A model generated the notes under the pieces. The model saw only the letters and a list, made by a program, of their open reading frames with translations. It did no database searches and was not told the origin of the DNA. A stretch of DNA of 64,000 bases from a virus (Duplodnaviria > Heunggongvirae > Uroviricota > Caudoviricetes): the IMG/VR virus record IMGVR_UViG_3300013099_000019. One strand, written 5' to 3'. This document shows, piece by piece, positions 57,746 to 64,000 of this stretch; within the stretch, counting starts at the first letter, position 1; each line of letters starts with the position of its first letter. The position numbers and the translations under genes were made by a program.

Positions 57746-58861
57746 ATGGAGATAAATAAAATGAAATATAAAAAGATTCAAATTATAGGTGGTACATTTT
57801 CAAGAGATGTTAATAAACGTAAGGAATCCTCTATAGTAACAAAACTTAATTATTATTTAGGAGAAATATTTGAAGACGCTATACTTACTTACGGAGCAAA
57901 TGGTGGCGGATTAAAGGAGCTCGCAGAATTATCTAATAATATTAATTCTGATCTTTCTCTCTGGCTGCCTAATGTTTCTAACGAAGAATTAAAAATTTAT
58001 CCTAGAAAACCTGTAGGTAGTATTCTTATATGCTCTAAAGTACTTAGAAAAAATAGAACTATTTATGACGCAGTGGATAGAATTTTTAAGATGCATGGTA
58101 ATGCTGTATTAGCTATTGAAAAAGTTAATGATAGATTTGTTTTTACTTTATTAGACGCTCTTGGTAATGGTTGGGTAAGAACTTCTGATCTTAGAACTTT
58201 AGCTAAAGCTATTTTTAGATTTTATACTTGGACACAAAGTGTTAAGAGAATAGGAAGCACTTATACTGATTTAAAACATTCTATGTTACCAGAAGAGTAT
58301 GCAGATCTTAGACAGTTCTGTAAGCTTAATACTTTGGTAGCAGATAAAGTAGAAAATGGAAGCACTAACCGTTATTTTGGAAATTGTTCTACTCGTTGTG
58401 CTTTAATGTTTCCAAGTGTTCGAGCTGATAATGGACGTATCCTTGTATCAAGACGTAACAGTAACAAAAAACGTTTGGAAGCATCTGATATGGTTGTAGT
58501 TTATAAATCAAGTAAGATGGATACAATAAGATATGAGGGTGTTAAACAAATTAAACCAAGTGTTGATACACCTATTCAATTAGAGTTATATAATAAATTT
58601 CCAAAAATTAATTATATGATTCACGGGCATGCTTACATAGATGATAAGTACTCAATGATTCCTTTTACAAGTTCTTATTTTTCTTGTGGAGATTTAAGAG
58701 AAGCAGAAGAAGCATCCGAATATATAAAGAATGTTCCAGCTTATGCGATCAATCTTCGAAACCATGGTTTTCTATTGTATGCTGAAACTCTTATTGATCT
58801 TAAAAATTTTATAGATAAAGTAAATTTTATACCTAAAGAAGTAGGTAAAGAATTTATATAA
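57746..58861 (+). CDS. hypothetical protein (weak class-II aldolase/adducin-like C-terminal motif)
   Basis: MIHGHAYID...IPFTSSYFSCGDLREAEEA resembles the HxH...G..ELA pattern. Low certainty. Confidence 0.35.
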   Translation: MEINKMKYKKIQIIGGTFSRDVNKRKESSIVTKLNYYLGEIFEDAILTYGANGGGLKELAELSNNINSDLSLWLPNVSNEELKIYPRKPVGSILICSKVLRKNRTIYDAVDRIFKMHGNAVLAIEKVNDRFVFTLLDALGNGWVRTSDLRTLAKAIFRFYTWTQSVKRIGSTYTDLKHSMLPEEYADLRQFCKLNTLVADKVENGSTNRYFGNCSTRCALMFPSVRADNGRILVSRRNSNKKRLEASDMVVVYKSSKMDTIRYEGVKQIKPSVDTPIQLELYNKFPKINYMIHGHAYIDDKYSMIPFTSSYFSCGDLREAEEASEYIKNVPAYAINLRNHGFLLYAETLIDLKNFIDKVNFIPKEVGKEFI

Positions 58862-58872
58862 GGAGAATAGTT

Positions 58873-59079
58873 ATGGCCTTTAGTGATCTTACACCTATAC
58901 TTACTGTTATAAAAAATAATACAATTAACTCAGCAAAAATATTTAAATCAGCAGAGGAATTAGAAGAAGCATTTACAAAAGAATGTTCTGATCATGGAGT
59001 TGAGCCTAACGAAGCTAATTTTGATGATGGCTACTTAGAACTGGAAGATACTACTTCTATTAATATGACTTGGGCTTGA
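58873..59079 (+). CDS. hypothetical acidic protein
   Basis: 68-aa ORF. Confidence 0.35.
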   Translation: MAFSDLTPILTVIKNNTINSAKIFKSAEELEEAFTKECSDHGVEPNEANFDDGYLELEDTTSINMTWA

Positions 59080-59083
59080 TATT

Positions 59084-59290
59084 ATGTATGCTGATAAATC
59101 TGTATGTAAATACTGTGGAGAAGACAAATTAAATATACAAGGTGAAGGTTGGACTTGTTTAAATGAAACTTGTCCACAGTATTCAAAAGTTATAATTGTG
59201 GACAAGTTTGCTTCTCCAAAAGATGTTATATCTGAAGTATTATTTGACTTAGAAGAGGCTTTGAATAAAAATGGAAAAAAACATACTTAA
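59084..59290 (+). CDS. zinc-ribbon protein
   Basis: CKYCGE...CLNETCPQ. Confidence 0.35.
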   Translation: MYADKSVCKYCGEDKLNIQGEGWTCLNETCPQYSKVIIVDKFASPKDVISEVLFDLEEALNKNGKKHT

Positions 59291-59666
59291 AGTCTTACCT
59301 TTTAAAGCTCTAAATGAAAGACACAAAGCTTTAATAATAAGAGAAGGTAACAAGTACTATACTAAAATAACACCTAAGATAGGTAAAGATGGTTGGTACT
59401 ACAATAGGCATGAAGGTATAGCTTGGAAAGAATTAGACGGACAAGCCTGGTTGGATTCAAGGGTAGATGATTTTTTATACAACTTAGAATTATTAAATCA
59501 TAGACCATTACTACTTAAAGAAAAGAAAGCTTTAGTACTTTTAAAAAGAAATAAATTAACTTCTAAAGAACAGAATAGAATGCTTTACATAGACAACTGT
59601 ATAGCGGAGCTTAGAGATATTACTATACGAACTGTTTTGTTTAGAAAAAAAGTTATTAGTAAATAA
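59271..59666 (+). CDS. hypothetical protein
   Basis: 131-aa ORF. Confidence 0.4.
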   Translation: MEKNILKVLPFKALNERHKALIIREGNKYYTKITPKIGKDGWYYNRHEGIAWKELDGQAWLDSRVDDFLYNLELLNHRPLLLKEKKALVLLKRNKLTSKEQNRMLYIDNCIAELRDITIRTVLFRKKVISK

Positions 59667-59677
59667 AAGGAGTGTAG

Positions 59678-60175
59678 ATGTTTATAAAAAGATTTAAAAA
59701 TTACATAAATAATTTAGTAGAAATTAAATGTAATGACTATAAATTACGTATAGAAAAATTAGAAGCTAGATTTAATGACTTAGAACCTTTATTAGAAGAC
59801 AAAAAATTTATAATTAAAACATCCAATAAAATAATCGCGGCTGATAAGGGTGTAAACTTATTAAAAAAAGTACTAAAACATTTAGGTCATAAAAAAATAT
59901 ACGAAGCTAAACTTTCTTATCGTTCACATAAAAGTATACCTATGCCCCTAATTGTTTTAAAAAATGATAATTGCAAGGGATTAAATAAAAAATTTAAAGA
60001 CATTATACATGATAGCGGTACACCTATGTTTTCCAGTATTAATGATGAATATTATGTTTATTCTAATACTTCTACAAAAGTTAAGATGAGTATTATAGAG
60101 GACATACATTTTGAATTTGATATTGATTACGAAGTACTTAAGTATCAAGTCATAGAAAAAATTAAACAGAGATAA
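59678..60175 (+). CDS. hypothetical protein
   Basis: 165-aa ORF. It is the last + strand gene; its 3' end overlaps the end of the minus-strand map gene. Confidence 0.45.
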   Translation: MFIKRFKNYINNLVEIKCNDYKLRIEKLEARFNDLEPLLEDKKFIIKTSNKIIAADKGVNLLKKVLKHLGHKKIYEAKLSYRSHKSIPMPLIVLKNDNCKGLNKKFKDIIHDSGTPMFSSINDEYYVYSNTSTKVKMSIIEDIHFEFDIDYEVLKYQVIEKIKQR

Positions 60176-60908
60176 TTTCAGCATAATCTTTATGTATAAT
60201 TACTTGATGTTCAAAATGGGCTGAGTTGTTGCCGTTATAAGTAACAACTTCCCAACCATTATCTAAGGTTATATTTGTAGATGATTCAAAAACAAGCATA
60301 GGTTCTATACAAATACACATACCAGTAGTAAGTATTAAACCTTCTTCTACTTTACCATAGTTTTGTATTTGAGGAAACTCATGTAACTCTCTACCTATTC
60401 CATGCCCGACATAATTTTTTACCACATCAAAACCAGAAGCATTAGCAGTAGTTTCTATTATATTACCTAATGCTCCTGTAGTAGTACCCTCTTTAGCAAT
60501 ACCTATTGCTTCTATAAGACAGCTTTCTGTTGTCTTTACTAACAATGTATCAATCTTATTGTTAGCTTCCCCAACGATCATTGTAAAAGCTGCATCTCCG
60601 TGAAGGCCATTATAAGCCCCTACATCAAAACTTACTACATCCCCTTCTCGTAATACATATTTAGAAGGAAAACCATGTACGATACCCTTATTGATTGAAA
60701 TACAAGTAGTATAAGGGTAACCTTTGTATCCTTTAAAAGAAGGTATACAATTGTTACTAAAAATTATTTCATTTGCTACTTCTTCTAGTGCCAGGGTTTG
60801 TACTCCAGGTTTTATTATTTTCTTTACTTCCCTGTGTACTTCTCCTACTACCCTAGCACTAATTCTAAGTAAGTCTAAATCACTACTTGTATGTACTACT
60901 CCTAACAT
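60162..60908 (-). CDS. map: type I methionine aminopeptidase
   Basis: KPGVQTLALEEVANEII...CIPSFKGYKGYPYTTCISINKGIVHGFP...GDVVSFDVGAYNGLHGDAAFT...HGIGRELHEFP...ICIEPM matches the MetAP-1 pita-bread metal-ligand pattern. Confidence 0.8.
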   Translation of the reverse strand: MLGVVHTSSDLDLLRISARVVGEVHREVKKIIKPGVQTLALEEVANEIIFSNNCIPSFKGYKGYPYTTCISINKGIVHGFPSKYVLREGDVVSFDVGAYNGLHGDAAFTMIVGEANNKIDTLLVKTTESCLIEAIGIAKEGTTTGALGNIIETTANASGFDVVKNYVGHGIGRELHEFPQIQNYGKVEEGLILTTGMCICIEPMLVFESSTNITLDNGWEVVTYNGNNSAHFEHQVIIHKDYAEIISV

Positions 60909-60957
60909 TTTTTACTTCCTCTACTTTTAGTATACCTACTTGAACGAGAGCGCTAGA

Positions 60958-60976
60958 CTACTATAGACTATAGTAG
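60958..60976. promoter_or_regulatory. near-perfect palindrome ctactatag-a-ctatagtag upstream of map (operator-like)
   Basis: 9-bp arms separated by 1 nt, about 50 nt upstream of the map start on the minus strand. Confidence 0.35.
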
Positions 60977-61059
60977 TTGTTCTTTAATATGTATTTAAAA
61001 TTTTTTTGGGGCGAAGCGAGCCGTCTTATGAACCGCGACCTCATTTATTTCTGTGATGT

Positions 61060-62004
61060 TTACATATCAAATAAGTAGCTTAAACTATGTTCATTATGAA
61101 TACCTTTTATAGCTTCAGCGAATAATTCTGCTGCTGGCAATACAAAAATTTTACTTGTGTCCCTAACTCTTGGGTTATCTATTGTATCTGTAACGTATAA
61201 TTTTTTTAAGTCAGAGTTATTTAAATTATCTATAGCAGCACCACTAAGTATAGCATGTGTACAGTAAGCTTCTACTGACGCTGCACCATAAGTCATAACT
61301 AAATCTGTAGCTTTACAAATTGTTCCGCAACTATCTGCCATATCATCTACTATAATACAACTCTTGCCTGCTACTTCACCAATCAAATTCATTTCTTTGA
61401 TTTCGCCAGGAGCAGAACGGTTCTTGTAAATCATAGCTACTTCACAACCCAACCTACCAGCATACATCTTGGCAGCTTTAACACTACCTGCATCTGGAGC
61501 TACTATACATATATTATTGTTTGGGTACTTTTGTTTAATAAAAGGAAGGAATACTCTACTCATGTGAAGATTATCCACAGGCACATCAAAAAAGCCACTA
61601 ATTTGTGGGCTGTGTAACTCGGCAGTTAAAAACCTATCTGTACCTGAGGTTTGAATTAAATTTGCTACAAGTTTAGCTGAAATTGGAACTCTACTTTTTA
61701 TTTTTCTATCCTGTCTTGCATAAGGGTAGTTAGGCATAACAGTAGTAACTCTGTAACAACTTGATCTTTTTAAAGTATCAAGTATTAAAAATAATTCCAT
61801 TAAATGATCATTAGTTTGTTCGTTACTTGAAGATTGTATTACAAATACATCTTTATTTCTAACAGTTTCATTTAGTTCTATTTGTCTTTCACCATTACCA
61901 AAAGTTATCATACTTGAAGTTACAGGTTCTATATTTAATTCCTTACATATTTTCCTTCCTAAAATTTCATTAGAACTACCCAAAATTACAGCTATATTTT
62001 GCAT
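61060..62004 (-). CDS. prs: ribose-phosphate pyrophosphokinase (PRPP synthetase)
   Basis: VFVIQSSS, NYPYARQDRK (the PRPP synthetase signature), and IVDDMADSCGT (PRPP-binding loop). Length is 314 aa. Confidence 0.8.
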   Translation of the reverse strand: MQNIAVILGSSNEILGRKICKELNIEPVTSSMITFGNGERQIELNETVRNKDVFVIQSSSNEQTNDHLMELFLILDTLKRSSCYRVTTVMPNYPYARQDRKIKSRVPISAKLVANLIQTSGTDRFLTAELHSPQISGFFDVPVDNLHMSRVFLPFIKQKYPNNNICIVAPDAGSVKAAKMYAGRLGCEVAMIYKNRSAPGEIKEMNLIGEVAGKSCIIVDDMADSCGTICKATDLVMTYGAASVEAYCTHAILSGAAIDNLNNSDLKKLYVTDTIDNPRVRDTSKIFVLPAAELFAEAIKGIHNEHSLSYLFDM

Positions 62005-62043
62005 AACTACCCCTTAAACTTTTAGTTTTAAAAAATGTCATTT

Positions 62044-62175
62044 TATTTCTTAAGTTTTTTCTTTGCCTTTTTCTTTTTCTTTAATGCATACTTGGGTGTT
62101 CTCTTATCAAAAATAGAAGGGCCACAAGGACCCATACTACATTCATCACACGATTTTCCTTGTCCACACATTATA
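62044..62175 (-). CDS. small Cys-rich peptide (43 aa) with poly-Lys tail
   Basis: I translated the reverse strand: MCGQGKSCDECSMGPCGPSIFDKRTPKYALKKKKKAKKKLKK. A GGAGG RBS lies 7 nt upstream. Confidence 0.3.
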
Positions 62176-62195
62176 ATAACCTCCTGTATATGATG

Positions 62196-62438
62196 TTAAA
62201 AACTTATCAAATGCCCAGTACACTTAGTTTCCCCACAAGTAGCTTTAAAATCAAAGTACTTGCTTTTCTCCCAAAAAGCACATACCCAAAAACACACTTT
62301 AAGCCCTTGTATTGTAAGAGTATTTTCCATTTCTGCTCCAACGTATGTGCTATCTGACTCATCGTACAGTTCAATAGCCATAGATTCAGCAGCTTTTCGT
62401 ATTAAGTTTTGTTCTTGTTCATTAAAAGTACTCGCCAT
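62196..62438 (-). CDS. hypothetical protein
   Basis: 80-aa minus-strand ORF consistent with neighbour orientation. The two + strand ORFs overlapping it were judged spurious. Confidence 0.4.
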   Translation of the reverse strand: MASTFNEQEQNLIRKAAESMAIELYDESDSTYVGAEMENTLTIQGLKVCFWVCAFWEKSKYFDFKATCGETKCTGHLISF

Positions 62439-62441
62439 AAG

Positions 62442-63131
62442 CTACTCCTTATCATAATCTAATCTTTTGTGGTACATGTCTTTTATTTCTGTTATTAGTA
62501 CATTCTTTATGGTACGTAACTCTCCTAGTTTTAAAATGTCTAACTGTTCCCCATCCATAAGTTCATTAATTAAAGTGTCTACTAAAGCTTTATGGTCGTC
62601 TAGTTTTCCAGCATTATGCATAGCTCTGCTGGCACTTTCTACTACATCAGCGCACATAAGTATAGCTGCAGAAACACTTGAAGGTTTTACTGATTTATAC
62701 CTATAGTGATCTTCCACTGTACTTCCATTATATACATCTTTAGCTTTTTGATATATAGACTTTATTAAAGTGTCCCCATGATGCTCACTTACTATATGTA
62801 TAACCTCACTTGGCATACCTAGTTGAACTAATCTGAGTACACTATCAGAAACATGCCTAGAAATAAGTTGATAGGATATCTTAGGATCAAAATCGTCATG
62901 AGGATTTTGATCATCTCCTAAATTTTCAAAAAAGTACATTGGATTATTACATTTACCTATATCATGTAACGTAGCAGATACCACAAGCATCTCGTTATCA
63001 ACATCTAATTCTCTCCCAATACTCTCAGCCAGACTTGCTACAGCTAAACAATGATTATAAGTACCAGGTGTTACCTCTTTAAATCTTTCCATAAGAGGAC
63101 TTGAACTATTTATAATCTCTTTTAACTCCAT
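62442..63131 (-). CDS. HD-domain (HDIG-type) phosphohydrolase
   Basis: H...LHDIGK...D metal-binding signature, with a later SEHHGD. Confidence 0.65.
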   Translation of the reverse strand: MELKEIINSSSPLMERFKEVTPGTYNHCLAVASLAESIGRELDVDNEMLVVSATLHDIGKCNNPMYFFENLGDDQNPHDDFDPKISYQLISRHVSDSVLRLVQLGMPSEVIHIVSEHHGDTLIKSIYQKAKDVYNGSTVEDHYRYKSVKPSSVSAAILMCADVVESASRAMHNAGKLDDHKALVDTLINELMDGEQLDILKLGELRTIKNVLITEIKDMYHKRLDYDKE

Positions 63132-63231
63132 AATATTCTCCCTTTTTTACAAAAAAAGTATAATACCTAAACCGAAAGAGCATTATACTTTATTTTACAT
63201 TACTTGTCAACATTTAACATGTTATTTTATT

Positions 63232-63765
63232 CTAATTTGTAAAGTCTGAATAAATATCCGAGTCATTCCTGATTAAAGAGCACTCTAACGCATTATCAGT
63301 AAACGTATTAACTAATTGATTAAAAACGTTCCTTCTAAAAGTTTCATCTGTATCCCTAACACCGTCCTCCACATTGTAATTAAAATGATCTATATCTAAA
63401 AGATATAGTTTATGATAATATTTTTTTATATGTTCCACTAAAAATTTTTCTAAGTACGTGTAAGTCCAATGAGTACCTGGCTTATCTAGAACTTTGCCAT
63501 AACAAAAAGCATCTAAAACACTTCTATCTGTTATAACATACTCATACTTATCCATTAGTTCAAGTTCTCTTACTACTTGTTTGCATTGTAGCCATACCTG
63601 TGTATTATCATCTGCACCAGTATTAATAGTAAAAGGAGATTCTCTAGCTAATTCATCTAGAACAATGACATTCTTGCCTTGTTTCTTTAGGAAGATACAC
63701 AAATTGTAAGCTAAAAAAGTTTTACCTGTACCATGTGTGCTACTTATAGCAATTATTTTCTTCAA
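63232..63765 (-). CDS. P-loop NTPase (predicted small ATPase/kinase)
   Basis: Walker A ISSTHGTGKT near the N-terminus, Walker B-like VIVLDE; 177 aa. Confidence 0.5.
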   Translation of the reverse strand: MKKIIAISSTHGTGKTFLAYNLCIFLKKQGKNVIVLDELARESPFTINTGADDNTQVWLQCKQVVRELELMDKYEYVITDRSVLDAFCYGKVLDKPGTHWTYTYLEKFLVEHIKKYYHKLYLLDIDHFNYNVEDGVRDTDETFRRNVFNQLVNTFTDNALECSLIRNDSDIYSDFTN

Positions 63766-63957
63766 TTACTTTCCTATTTTTACTTCTATATTAGTTGAGT
63801 CACATTTGTCACATCTAATATGTTCGCCAAATATTTTATTCATTCTAGGCATAACATTCCCACAATCTAAGCAAATTGTTTGCTCAGTAGTTTCTTTACT
63901 TGCTGTTACTTTGTTAGGTTTTAATCTACCATTAGCACTAAACATTATTTTCTCCAA
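63766..63957 (-). CDS. zinc-ribbon protein
   Basis: CLDCGN...CDKCDS; starts on an ATGA overlap with the upstream gene. Confidence 0.4.
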   Translation of the reverse strand: MEKIMFSANGRLKPNKVTASKETTEQTICLDCGNVMPRMNKIFGEHIRCDKCDSTNIEVKIGK

Positions 63958-64000
63958 ATAGTTGTTTTATTTTTTTATTTTTTAGCCGTTTAAATCTACC

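Overview
This is an AT-rich (about 30% GC), very gene-dense window that reads like part of a large (probably jumbo) bacteriophage genome. Roughly 100 short, tightly packed or overlapping ORFs run on the + strand from 0.2 to 60.2 kb, then a block of minus-strand genes (map, prs, an HD hydrolase, a P-loop NTPase) fills 60.2-64 kb. No CRISPR array, integrase or transposase was seen, and standard code 11 fits the long ORFs.

Recognisable functions:
- RNA polymerase-like: a 1094-aa single-chain protein carrying a DFDGD motif.
- Replication and repair: SF2 helicase, RuvB-like AAA+ ATPase, SSB-like protein.
- tRNA maintenance: CCA-adding enzyme, PTH2 peptidyl-tRNA hydrolase.
- Lysis: SleB-like cell-wall hydrolase.
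- Other enzymes: two metallophosphoesterases.
- Membrane: an SPFH/flotillin-like protein.
- Morons: a higher-GC cluster of lipoprotein, 8-strand OMP (Lom/OmpX-like) and Gly/Ser-rich secreted proteins.

Two unusual systems stand out.
1. An amide-bond-forming / gamma-glutamyl enzyme island (15.6-36.1 kb). It holds four GCS2/glutamine-synthetase-like amidoligase paralogs, two class-I GATase/C26 gamma-glutamyl hydrolases, a class-II (Ntn) GATase, an ATP-grasp ligase and a GNAT. Two GGCT-like cyclotransferases go with it; one (17520-17909) lies inside the island and the other (7048-7611) about 8 kb upstream.
2. An RNA-centred module (38.9-51.5 kb). A Ro60-like TROVE+vWA protein sits beside a tRNA cluster. 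Several tRNA-like genes carry a conserved 60-90-nt structured insert where the anticodon loop should be, with covarying helices. The same about 30-nt motif appears in two stand-alone terminator-like hairpins, one directly upstream of the Ro60 gene.

Also present: a tRNA-Leu with a group-I-like intron, an approximately 315-nt structured non-coding region, and several recurring short DNA motifs.
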